A stretch of 64,000 nt of DNA from the NCBI GenBank assembly GCA_024275365.1, contig JAJRZG010000157.1, forward strand, positions 18 to 64,017, written 5' to 3'. The stretch's first letter is position 1. Each line of letters begins with the position of its first letter. Made by a program: the position numbers and the translations under genes. The stretch comes from Planctomycetota bacterium. GTDB lineage: Bacteria; Planctomycetota; Phycisphaerae; Phycisphaerales; UBA1924. The notes below the pieces were generated by a model. That model did not search any database, was not told the origin of the DNA, and was given only the letters and a program-made list of their open reading frames with translations. Shown here one piece after another: positions 34,546-43,460 of this stretch.

Positions 34546-36753
34546 ATGAGCACGCCGCTTCGACGAGAGGGTTTGGACAAGCTCACCGGGCGGGAGCGGT
34601 ATGTCGATGATCTCGATCTTGCGGGTTGCTTGTGGGGGATGACCGTGCGGAGCCCGGCTGCACGGGGGCGGATCCGTGAGGTTCGGTTTGGTGATGGAGT
34701 CGATTGGTCAGAGTTTGTCGTAGTCGACTTTCGTGATATCCCGGGGCCCAATGAGATCAGGCTGATCGAGCTTGACCAGCCGGTGCTTGCTGCTGATCGG
34801 GTGCGGCATATCCACGAGCCGGTTGTGCTTGTTGCGCATTCGTCGCGGACGATGTGTCGGCGGGCGATCGAGCAGATCGAGATCGTTGTTGATCCTGAGC
34901 CTGCGGTCTTTGACTTTCGGGTTGAGCCGCGGGCTGAGCAGGTGCAGCATGACAGCGACAATGTGCTGAGCCGAATCAGCATCAACAAGGGGGATATCGA
35001 GGCGGCGCTTGCTCGTGCGGATCATGTTGTTGAGGGTGTTTATGAGACGGGTGCTCAGGAGCATGTCTACCTCGAGACCCAGGGCATGGCAGCGTGGCTT
35101 GATGGCGATGTGGTTGTCATCCAGGGGTCCATGCAGTGCCCGTTTTATGTGCTCAATGCGCTGATGCACGCGCTGGGTCGTGATGCGTCTGGGGTCCGTG
35201 TGGTGCAGTCGTCCACTGGTGGTGGGTTTGGCGGCAAGGAAGACTTTCCGTCGAATCTGGCGATCCACACGGCGCTGCTTGCACTCAAGGCTGGGCGTGC
35301 TGTCAAGATGATCTATGACCGGGCTGAGGATATGGCGGCGACGACCAAGCGACACCCCTCGCGCGTGCGGCACCGGACGGGTGTGATGTCTGATGGGCGG
35401 CTTGTCGCGCAGGATATCGAGGTGCTTCTTGATGCGGGTGCGTACGCCACGCTCTCGAGTGTTGTGCTCAGCCGGGGGATCATCCACGCAGGCGGGCCTT
35501 ATGCCTGTGATAATGTGCGTATTTGCGTGCGTGCGGTGCTGACCAACAGCGTGCCCTTTGGAGCATTTCGCGGGTTTGGCGCACCCCAGACGCAGTTTGC
35601 CCTCGAACGGCACATGGATGTTATTGCTCAACGGCTCGGTCTCGATCCGGTCGAAATCCGCAGGCGGAACCTCATCTGCGACGGGCAATCGACAGCGACG
35701 GGGCAGGTTATCAACGATGGGACCGACCGGGTCGCGTTGCTTGATCTTGCGGTGGCGGAGTCGAAGTTTGTTGAGAAAAAGGCTGCGCATGTTTCGTTTC
35801 ATGCGGGGAGTGCGTACTGCCGCCGTGGGTTGGGGCTTGCGACCTTCATGCATGGCGGTGGGTTTACCGGGAGCGGTGAGGACACCCTCAAGGCGAAGCT
35901 GCATGTTGGTGGGTGTCGGGATGGGTCGATCGAGGTCTTGAGCGCGATCACCGAGATAGGACAGGGCACAAAGACGATCTTTGCCTCGATCGTGGCAGAG
36001 AGGCTGGGTGTCGATGCCTCGGTTGTCACGATCGCCACGCCGGACACTGCACGAGTTCCAAACAGCTGCCCGACTGTCGCGTCACGGTCGGCGATGGTTG
36101 TCGGTCGGTTGCTCGAACGGGCGTGCGATGATCTGCGCGCCAGGCTCGGTCTGACACCCGAAGATCGGGGGGAGAGGGTGCAGGAGGCGATCCGCGAGTG
36201 GCATGTGCTGCACCCGGGCGAGGCGTTGCTTGGGAAGGCGGAGTATGAGAGGCCACCGAACATCGCGTGGGATGAAAAGACTTATCGTGGTGATGCGTAT
36301 GGGGCGTTTGCGTGGGGGACCTATGTCGCAGAGGTTGAGGTTGATCTCCGGACATGTGCGTGCCGAGTGCTGAGCTTTCATGCGGTTCAGGAGGTTGGCA
36401 GGGTGCTCAACAGAACGCTCGCGACCGGGCAGATTCAAGGGGGTGTTGTGCAGGCGATCGGGTGGGCACTGATGGAGGACTGCGTGTGGGAGCAGGGGGC
36501 GATGAAGAATACGCAGTTCACCAACTACATTATCCCGACGACTCTCGATGTCCCGCCGATCAGTGTGACATTCCTCGAAACCCCGTATGCGTTTGGTGGC
36601 GGGGGTGCGAAGGGGCTTGGTGAGCTGCCGATGGATGGGCCTGCGCCTGCTATTCTCAACGCGGTTGCGGATGCTGTTGGTATTGAGCCGGTATCAATCC
36701 CGCTCACGCCCGAACAACTTCTGGAGTTGCTTTCGCATGACGATGCCACTTGA
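34546..36753 (+). CDS. xanthine dehydrogenase/aldehyde oxidase-family molybdopterin-binding large subunit
   Basis: MSTPLRREGLDKLTGRERYVDD, TGGGFGGKED, AFRGFGAPQ, ITEIGQG, GGGAKGLGELP (catalytic Glu loop). ATG 34546 is preceded by GGAGGA. Confidence 0.85.
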   Translation: MSTPLRREGLDKLTGRERYVDDLDLAGCLWGMTVRSPAARGRIREVRFGDGVDWSEFVVVDFRDIPGPNEIRLIELDQPVLAADRVRHIHEPVVLVAHSSRTMCRRAIEQIEIVVDPEPAVFDFRVEPRAEQVQHDSDNVLSRISINKGDIEAALARADHVVEGVYETGAQEHVYLETQGMAAWLDGDVVVIQGSMQCPFYVLNALMHALGRDASGVRVVQSSTGGGFGGKEDFPSNLAIHTALLALKAGRAVKMIYDRAEDMAATTKRHPSRVRHRTGVMSDGRLVAQDIEVLLDAGAYATLSSVVLSRGIIHAGGPYACDNVRICVRAVLTNSVPFGAFRGFGAPQTQFALERHMDVIAQRLGLDPVEIRRRNLICDGQSTATGQVINDGTDRVALLDLAVAESKFVEKKAAHVSFHAGSAYCRRGLGLATFMHGGGFTGSGEDTLKAKLHVGGCRDGSIEVLSAITEIGQGTKTIFASIVAERLGVDASVVTIATPDTARVPNSCPTVASRSAMVVGRLLERACDDLRARLGLTPEDRGERVQEAIREWHVLHPGEALLGKAEYERPPNIAWDEKTYRGDAYGAFAWGTYVAEVEVDLRTCACRVLSFHAVQEVGRVLNRTLATGQIQGGVVQAIGWALMEDCVWEQGAMKNTQFTNYIIPTTLDVPPISVTFLETPYAFGGGGAKGLGELPMDGPAPAILNAVADAVGIEPVSIPLTPEQLLELLSHDDAT

Positions 36754-37216
36754 GCCGGGACAGATTGAGGTTGCCTTTACGCTCAACGGACGGGAGGTCG
36801 TTGTGGTTGTCGATGCTGCTGCACGGCTGCTTGACACGCTGCGGTACCAGCTTGGGTTGACGGGCACCAAGGAGGGCTGCGGCGAGGGTGAGTGCGGGGC
36901 GTGTACGGTCTGTATGAATGGCAATCCTGTCAACTCGTGCCTTGTGCCGATTTTTCAGGCTCGTGGTTGCAAGGTTGAGACTGTGGAATCTGTCGAGAAT
37001 GAGGCAGTTTTTGCGTTGCTTGGCTCTGGTGGCACACAGTGTGGTGCGTGTACGCCGGGGGTTGTGATGACGGTGTTGTGGATTGTCAAGAACCGTGATG
37101 TGCTCGAGACGCACAGCGTTCGTGAGTTGATGGCGGGGAATCTTTGTCGGTGTACGGACTACGACGGGATCATCAATGGGGTCGATCGTGCGGCTGCCAC
37201 TGGGGGTGCTGGGTGA
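36737..37216 (+). CDS. [2Fe-2S]-binding small subunit of the Mo hydroxylase
   Basis: GTKEGCGEGECGACTV (plant-type cluster) and QCGACTPG...CRCTDY (second cluster). ATG overlaps the end of the large-subunit gene. Confidence 0.85.
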   Translation: MTMPLEPGQIEVAFTLNGREVVVVVDAAARLLDTLRYQLGLTGTKEGCGEGECGACTVCMNGNPVNSCLVPIFQARGCKVETVESVENEAVFALLGSGGTQCGACTPGVVMTVLWIVKNRDVLETHSVRELMAGNLCRCTDYDGIINGVDRAAATGGAG

Positions 37217-37224
37217 GGGTGGTC

Positions 37225-38064
37225 ATGCCGACAACTCTTGGTGAAGCTCTCTCTGTGTTAGAAGAGTTGAAGGGTGATGCGGTCCCGATTGCGGGTGGGA
37301 CCGACCTCATGGTGAGTTGGCCGGAGCGGTTTATCGAGCATGAACGGACATACCTTGATCTCTCCGGTCTCGATGAGCTGCGAGCACACCGGTGGACGGA
37401 GGATGCACTTGAGATCGGGGCTTTGACGACATTTTGGGATATTGTGCGAGATCCACAGGCTGCTCGCGAAATGCCGATTCTGGTCGATGCGGCGCGGACG
37501 GTTGGTGCTGTGCAGATTCAATCCCGGGGTACTTGGGCTGGGAATATCGCCAATGCCTCGCCCGCAGCCGACGGTGTGCTTTCGATGATGGCTCTGGATG
37601 CGGTCGTCGAGCTTGCGGGGGCTGAGGGGGTTGAGGAAGTCCACCTTGATGAGCTTTATCTTGGGTACAAGCAGATGAGGAAGCGGGCGGATCAGCTGAT
37701 TACTCGGGTTCGGATCCCTCGGCGAACACTTGAGTTTCAGTCGTTTGTGAAGGTTGGTTCTCGGCGAGCGCAGGCGATCACCAAGATCGGGCTTGCCATC
37801 ACACGGTCGGATGCGGGTTGGCGTGTTGTTGCCAGCAGCATGGCACCGACGGTCAAGCGCTGCTGTGCGATCGAACGGATGCTCGATGACCGGGTGCCTG
37901 TTGATGGTCCGGGCGGGTTTGCGGCTGCTATTGGGTCGGATGTATCGCCGATCGATGACATCCGGACCACGGCTGTGTACCGCGAATCGGTCATGGCACG
38001 GGTGCTCTTTCATGAGCTTGCCCGGGTGTGCCCCTGGATATGCGCGGGGGGTGACTCGGTATGA
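37225..38064 (+). CDS. FAD-binding (CoxM/XdhB/YgfM-like) medium subunit
   Basis: AVPIAGGTDLMV, RTVGAVQIQSRGTWAGNIANASPAAD, C-terminal CO-dehydrogenase-flavoprotein-like domain (DDIRTTAVYR). Confidence 0.8.
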   Translation: MPTTLGEALSVLEELKGDAVPIAGGTDLMVSWPERFIEHERTYLDLSGLDELRAHRWTEDALEIGALTTFWDIVRDPQAAREMPILVDAARTVGAVQIQSRGTWAGNIANASPAADGVLSMMALDAVVELAGAEGVEEVHLDELYLGYKQMRKRADQLITRVRIPRRTLEFQSFVKVGSRRAQAITKIGLAITRSDAGWRVVASSMAPTVKRCCAIERMLDDRVPVDGPGGFAAAIGSDVSPIDDIRTTAVYRESVMARVLFHELARVCPWICAGGDSV

Positions 38065-38082
38065 CGAACTTCGTGACTGATT

Positions 38083-39270
38083 GTGTGTGTGGTGTACGGG
38101 CGTGTGTCGGAGCTGCCGAGCTCTGCTGGCACTTGTGAGCTTTGTCGAGATCCGTTCGCGGTGCTGGATATTCGGTATGACATGGACGCAGTTGGCTCGA
38201 GCATGACGCGGAGTGCTCTTGCGGGGAGGGCGTTGCATCATTGGCGGTTTCATGAGTTGCTGCCGATTGAACCGGACAGTGCGGCGTTTGCGTGGCCTGT
38301 CGGGTGTACGCCGATCATCGAGGCGGCACGGTTGGCTTCGTGGGCTGGTGTCTCGCGGCTTCGGCTCAAGGATGACTCGCGGAACCCGACAGCGAGCTTT
38401 AAGGACCGCGCATCGAGCGTAGGGGTGCTCCATGCGTTGCAGCAAGGCGCGGGCACGATCGCCTGCGCTTCGACGGGGAATGCGGCATCAAGTCTTGCCG
38501 GGTTTGGCGCGATGGGGGGGTTGCCTGCTGTGATCTTTGTGCCAGAGCGTGCGCCGGAGCCGAAGGTTGCCCAACTCCTGATGTTTGGTGCCGATGTTCG
38601 GCGTGTGCGGGGCAACTATGCGCAGGCGTATGACCTCTGCACCGCCGAGTGCGATCGGTACGGGTGGTACAACCGCAACTGTGCGATCAACCCCTTCTTG
38701 ATCGAGGGCAAGAAGACCTGTGGGCTTGAGATTGCAGAGCAGACCGGGTGTGACCTGCCTGAGTGGGTGGTTGTTTCTGTGGGGGATGGCTGCACGATTG
38801 CGGGCATTGTCAAGGGGCTTGTGCAGATGCAGGAACTCGGTTTTGTTGACCGCGTGCCTCGGGTGCTTGGCGTGCAGGCATCGGGGATGGCCCCGATCGC
38901 AGAAGCCTTTAAGACGGGTGATTTGCCGCGAGAGTATGAGGGAAAGACCTTTGCAGATAGCATCGATGTCCCGGTCCCACGGAACTGGCGGAAGGCGGTT
39001 GCTGCGGTTGGTGAGACTGACGGGGCGTATGTCTGTGTCAGCGATGCGCAGATCATGGAGGCGATGAAGAGTGCGGGGGCTCTTGCGGGTGTTTTTGCTG
39101 AGCCGGCTGCGGCTGCGGCTGTCGCGGGTGTCAAGCAGGCGGTCGCTGAGGGGATATTTGATGAGCGGAGTGATGCGCTTGCGGTGATCACGGGTAGCGG
39201 GCTCAAAGATATTGCCTCGGTGATACGGATCGTAGACGAGCCTGCTGAAGTGGACCCGTTGGAATCCTGA
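38083..39270 (+). CDS. threonine-synthase-like fold-type-II PLP enzyme with N-terminal Cys-rich segment
   Basis: RLKDDSRNPTASFKDRASSVGV (PLP-lysine motif of the ThrC family), glycine-rich PLP phosphate loop region. Only GTG 38083, inside a (TG)5 tract, is available as a start. Confidence 0.75.
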   Translation: MCVVYGRVSELPSSAGTCELCRDPFAVLDIRYDMDAVGSSMTRSALAGRALHHWRFHELLPIEPDSAAFAWPVGCTPIIEAARLASWAGVSRLRLKDDSRNPTASFKDRASSVGVLHALQQGAGTIACASTGNAASSLAGFGAMGGLPAVIFVPERAPEPKVAQLLMFGADVRRVRGNYAQAYDLCTAECDRYGWYNRNCAINPFLIEGKKTCGLEIAEQTGCDLPEWVVVSVGDGCTIAGIVKGLVQMQELGFVDRVPRVLGVQASGMAPIAEAFKTGDLPREYEGKTFADSIDVPVPRNWRKAVAAVGETDGAYVCVSDAQIMEAMKSAGALAGVFAEPAAAAAVAGVKQAVAEGIFDERSDALAVITGSGLKDIASVIRIVDEPAEVDPLES

Positions 39271-39344
39271 TGGCCTTCTGCGATCATGGCTGCAACCGGA
39301 AGACGCGGTTCTTGCTATGATGAGGGGTTGCTGCTGCTCATGGA

Positions 39345-40841
39345 GTGGCGCAGCGCATGGAGCGTAGAATCAATATGACACAATCGGCGGGTACAACTGG
39401 AAGAGATGAGGTGCTTGAGCGGGCTGTGCAGCGTTGCCGAGAGCGGGGTGTAGTTATCCCGACATTTGCGCAGATGCGGGACCCGTCGCGTGTGCCGGGG
39501 GCGGTCCGAGAGCGCCTCAAAGGTGTTGGGCTTTGGGATATTGACCCAGTCAACCTGTTCCGGATCAGCTGGAAGAACGAGCCTGTCGAGAGCGGGGGGC
39601 TGTATAACAGCGGAAACTGGGTTGAGTTTCCTTCATCGCTCACTGGTGTCTCTGCAAGGATTGTCGGGCTCGCTGGTAAGTGGTTTCCTACGGGGACGCA
39701 TAAGGTTGGCGCGGGGTTTGGGTGCCTGGTGCCCCGTCTTGTGCGGGGCGAGTTTGACCCGACAGCACACAAGGCGGTGTGGCCATCGACCGGGAACTTT
39801 TGTCGTGGCGGAGCGTTTGATTGTGCGCTGCTTGGATGTGAGGCGGTTGCGATTCTGCCCGAGGGCATGAGCCGCGAGCGGTTTGATTGGCTTGGAGACA
39901 TCGGGGCCGAGATCATTGCGACCCCTGGGTGTGAGTCGAATGTGAAAGAGATTTATGACAAGTGCTGGGAGATTCGGCGGACCCGGCCGGACTGCATCAT
40001 CTTCAACCAGTTTGAGGAGTTTGGGAACTCGGTCTGGCACTATCATGTGACGGGGTCTGCGATCCAAGATGTCTTTATGCAGATCGCTGGCCCGGGTGAT
40101 CGGCTTGCTGCGTGGGTCTCTGCGACGGGATCTGCTGGGACAATCGCGGCTGGTGACTTTCTTAAGACGGTCCATCCCGGCGTTCGTGTCGCTGCTGTCG
40201 AGGCGCTCCAGTGCCCGACGCTACTTAATAACGGTTTCGGAGACCACCGGATCGAGGGCATCGGCGATAAGCATGTGCCGTGGATCCACAATGTCCGTAA
40301 CACTGATATCGTCTGTGCGATCGACGACGCGCAGTGCCTCGCGCTGATGCGGCTGTTTCATGAGCCTGAAGGTGTGATGCTTCTTTGTGAACTGGGTGTT
40401 GGCACGGAAACTCTCGATCAACTCTCTCTGCTTTGGATATCTTCAATCTGCAATCTTGTTGCGGCTATTAAGGTTTCGCGTCTCGAAGAGTTGAGTGCAA
40501 GGGATATTGTCTTTGTGCCTCTGACCGACTCGATGGATTTGTACTCGAGCCGTCTCGTGGAAGAACGCGAGCGAGAAGGTGCGTATGACCGGACGACCGC
40601 AGCCCGGCACGCGGGGCGGTATCTTGAGGCGATTGTAACTGACAACATGCGTGTGCTTGATCTTGCTGCCCGCAAGGCTCTGCACAACCTCAAATACTTT
40701 ACATGGGTCGAGCAGCAGGGTCGGTCGGTTGATGATCTTCGTCGCCTCTGGGACCCTGATTTCTGGTCCGAGGTGTATACGCAGGCCGACACTTGGGATA
40801 TGGAAATCGAGGAGTTTAATAGGCGTGTCGCGTGCACATAG
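39345..40841 (+). CDS. fold-type-II (TrpB/CysK-like) PLP-dependent enzyme; possibly of the 'PLP-dependent lyase/thiolase' (OrtB-like) type
   Basis: GKWFPTGTHKVGAGFG carries the PLP-lysine context (TGxHK as in TrpB). About 490 aa, longer than CysK/TrpB. The OrtB-like assignment is from memory and untested. Start uncertain (GTG 39345, ATG 39357 or ATG 39375). Confidence 0.65.
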   Translation: MAQRMERRINMTQSAGTTGRDEVLERAVQRCRERGVVIPTFAQMRDPSRVPGAVRERLKGVGLWDIDPVNLFRISWKNEPVESGGLYNSGNWVEFPSSLTGVSARIVGLAGKWFPTGTHKVGAGFGCLVPRLVRGEFDPTAHKAVWPSTGNFCRGGAFDCALLGCEAVAILPEGMSRERFDWLGDIGAEIIATPGCESNVKEIYDKCWEIRRTRPDCIIFNQFEEFGNSVWHYHVTGSAIQDVFMQIAGPGDRLAAWVSATGSAGTIAAGDFLKTVHPGVRVAAVEALQCPTLLNNGFGDHRIEGIGDKHVPWIHNVRNTDIVCAIDDAQCLALMRLFHEPEGVMLLCELGVGTETLDQLSLLWISSICNLVAAIKVSRLEELSARDIVFVPLTDSMDLYSSRLVEEREREGAYDRTTAARHAGRYLEAIVTDNMRVLDLAARKALHNLKYFTWVEQQGRSVDDLRRLWDPDFWSEVYTQADTWDMEIEEFNRRVACT

Positions 40842-40874
40842 GCAAGGCGATAGCATTTGGTAGTGAAAGAGCGA

Positions 40875-43445
40875 ATGATCAAACTCACACTCAACGGCGA
40901 TCAGAAACAGTTTCACGGCGACCCGGACTCGTCTCTCCTGAAGTATCTGCGTGTCGAGCAGCGGGTGGTCTCGGTCAAGGACGGTTGCTCGCCGCAGGGG
41001 GCGTGCGGGTGCTGCGCTGTTGAACTCAACGGCAAGGTCGTGCTCTCGTGCGTCATCCCGATGAAGAAGGCAGCTGATGGCAAGGTCAGGACGCTCGACG
41101 GGCTCGATGACTGGACGCGAACGGTGCTTGCGGATGCCTTTGCACAGTGTGGGGGAGCCCAGTGTGCGTTTTGTATTCCGGGCATTGCAATGCGGGCTCA
41201 GAATCTGCTTTCGTCAAACCCTGAGCCAAGTGATGATGAGATTCGGAAGTCTCTCAATCAGCACCTCTGCCGATGTACCGGGTATCAGAAGATTATCGAG
41301 TCTATTAGGGTTGCTGGTGATTCGCTACGAACGGGCGAGCCGGTCCCCCATCACGCGAGAGCATCTGGGGTTGGGACCCGGCGGCGGAAATACAAGATCG
41401 AGGATGCGGTGCTTGGGGATCGTCCTTATGTTGCTGACCTTGAAGTTGAGCGTATGCTGCATGGTGCGTTGCGTCTGAGTGATCATCCTCGGGCTCGGTT
41501 GGCGTCGATTGATACGAGCAAAGCGCTGGCGATCAAGGGTGTGCACCGGGTATTTCTTGCTGATGATGTCCCAGGGCAGCGATCGGTGGGGCTGATTGTC
41601 CCGGACTGGCCGCTCCTGGTTGCTGCGGGAGAGGTGACCAGGTATGTGGGCGATGTGATCGCCTGCGTTGCTGCCGACTCTCGGCATATCGCGGTATTGG
41701 CGGCTCAAGCAATAGAGGTCGAGTATGAGGTGCTTGAGCCGGTGACAGATATGTTTGAGGCGATCAAGCCGGGCTGTGCGAAGGTCCATAACAGTGGGAA
41801 TATCCTTGGTGTCTCACGGGCTAAGCGGGGCGATGTTGATGAGGCATTTGCGAAGTGCGCCTTTATTTCCGAACACACCTATGAAACCCAACGCATCGAG
41901 CATGGGTATCTTGAGCCCGAGGCCTGCTTGGTAGAGCCCCGCGAGGGCGGCATTAAGGCTTACTCCCAGAGTCAGGGGGTCTATGAAGACCGTCGGCAGC
42001 TTGCCCTGCTGCTCGGGCTCGATCAGACGCAGGTTGATGTCGAGCTTGTGCCCAACGGTGGCGGATTTGGGGGCAAGGAAGACCTGTGTACGCAGGGGCA
42101 CGCTGCGCTGATGGCGTATTTGCTGCAACGCCCGGTCATGCTTGAGATCTCGCGGGATGAATCGATCCGGATGCACCCCAAACGCCATCCGATCCATATG
42201 GAATATAAGCTCGGGTGCTCGTCTGACGGCAAACTGCTTGCGCTTCGCGCACGCATGCATGGCGACACCGGCGCGTACGCCTCGGTTGGCATGAAGGTGC
42301 TCGAGCGGGCGTGCGGGCACGCGACGGGTGCATATTATGTTCCTCATGTCGATATCGAAGCGACTGCTGTGTATACCAACAATGTCCCGTGCGGTGCGAT
42401 GCGGGGCTTTGGTGCCAATCAGGCGAACTTCGCTCTGGAGTGCGCGGTTGATGAGCTCTGCGAGACTGGGGGGTTTGACCGCTGGCAGTTCCGCTATGAC
42501 AATGCACTGACCGAGGGACGCAGCACTGCGACCGGGCAGGTGCTCGCGTCAGGAGTGGGTGTTCGCGCGACGCTTGAGGCAGTGAAGGAGCAGTTCGAGT
42601 GCGCACGGTATGCGGGGATTGCCTGTGGCCTGAAGAATACCGGGATCGGCAATGGCATGCCCGACTCGGGAACTGTCCGGCTTCTCATAAAGGCACCAGA
42701 CCACATAGAGCTGCACCACGGCTGGACCGAAATGGGCCAGGGTGTACACACTGTTGCTGTTCAGTCGTTTTGTGAAGAAACCGGACTTCCAGCGGATATT
42801 GTGACGGTGCATGTTGAGACATCTCACGAGACACCCTGCGGGATGACGACCGCCTCGCGCGCGACCAGCCTTGTTGGGAATGCCATTATCGAGGGGTGTA
42901 AGCAGCTCTGCGAAGACCTCAAGACACACGCGCTTTCCGATCTTGTCGGGCGAGAGTACTTTGGCGAATGGGTGTGCGCCTGGACGAACAAGCCCGGCAA
43001 GACTGACGGTGGACCGGTGTGTACGCACTATTCGTACAGCTATGCGACGCAGGTTGTTGTGCTCAATGATGATGGATCGATCGACCGGGTAGTTGCGGCA
43101 CACGACGCAGGACGGGTCATCAACCCAACACTATTTGAGGGACAGATCGAGGGATCGGTGCATATGGGGCTCGGCTATGCCCTGACTGAATCGCTGGTCA
43201 TGGAGGGTGGCCGGTTTCAGTCAACCCGTCTCCGGAAGTGTGGGATCCTCCGTGCCCGGGACATGCCTGCAGTTGAAGTTATAGCTGTCGAAGTGCCCGA
43301 TGAGTTTGGGCCGTATGGCGCAAAGGGTGTTGGTGAGATCGGCCTAGTGCCGACAGCCCCTGCGGTTTCCAATGCGTTGTATATGTACGATAAGATCCGT
43401 CGTCGAACCCTGCCAATGAAGCCCGTCACTACCCCAACGCCCTGA
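40875..43445 (+). CDS. fused [2Fe-2S] + molybdopterin-binding hydroxylase (XdhD / 'selenium-dependent molybdenum hydroxylase'-like architecture)
   Basis: N-terminus KDGCSPQGACGCCAV and QCAFCIPG...CRCTGYQKI (two 2Fe-2S sites) fused to an XDH-family Mo domain (GGGFGGKED, AMRGFGANQ, TEMGQGV, GAKGVGEIG). ATG 40875 (MIKLTLNG) is preferred over TTG 40857. Confidence 0.8.
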   Translation: MIKLTLNGDQKQFHGDPDSSLLKYLRVEQRVVSVKDGCSPQGACGCCAVELNGKVVLSCVIPMKKAADGKVRTLDGLDDWTRTVLADAFAQCGGAQCAFCIPGIAMRAQNLLSSNPEPSDDEIRKSLNQHLCRCTGYQKIIESIRVAGDSLRTGEPVPHHARASGVGTRRRKYKIEDAVLGDRPYVADLEVERMLHGALRLSDHPRARLASIDTSKALAIKGVHRVFLADDVPGQRSVGLIVPDWPLLVAAGEVTRYVGDVIACVAADSRHIAVLAAQAIEVEYEVLEPVTDMFEAIKPGCAKVHNSGNILGVSRAKRGDVDEAFAKCAFISEHTYETQRIEHGYLEPEACLVEPREGGIKAYSQSQGVYEDRRQLALLLGLDQTQVDVELVPNGGGFGGKEDLCTQGHAALMAYLLQRPVMLEISRDESIRMHPKRHPIHMEYKLGCSSDGKLLALRARMHGDTGAYASVGMKVLERACGHATGAYYVPHVDIEATAVYTNNVPCGAMRGFGANQANFALECAVDELCETGGFDRWQFRYDNALTEGRSTATGQVLASGVGVRATLEAVKEQFECARYAGIACGLKNTGIGNGMPDSGTVRLLIKAPDHIELHHGWTEMGQGVHTVAVQSFCEETGLPADIVTVHVETSHETPCGMTTASRATSLVGNAIIEGCKQLCEDLKTHALSDLVGREYFGEWVCAWTNKPGKTDGGPVCTHYSYSYATQVVVLNDDGSIDRVVAAHDAGRVINPTLFEGQIEGSVHMGLGYALTESLVMEGGRFQSTRLRKCGILRARDMPAVEVIAVEVPDEFGPYGAKGVGEIGLVPTAPAVSNALYMYDKIRRRTLPMKPVTTPTP

Positions 43446-43460
43446 TCGGAGCACAACCGA

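Noticed and set aside
34708-35904. 398-aa - strand ORF, and similar ones at 37258..38445, 28043..28894, 19522..20634, 15818..17011 and 17328..18254
   Set aside because: All are antisense to well-supported genes and show the R/P/H- or E/G-rich bias of non-coding frames in GC-rich DNA.
34546-38064. 4-hydroxybenzoyl-CoA reductase (HcrABC) identity for the XDH-family trio
   Set aside because: The FAD subunit (279 aa) shows no Cys-rich ~40-residue [4Fe-4S] insertion, which is characteristic of HcrB. The idea is kept only as a remote alternative in the findings.
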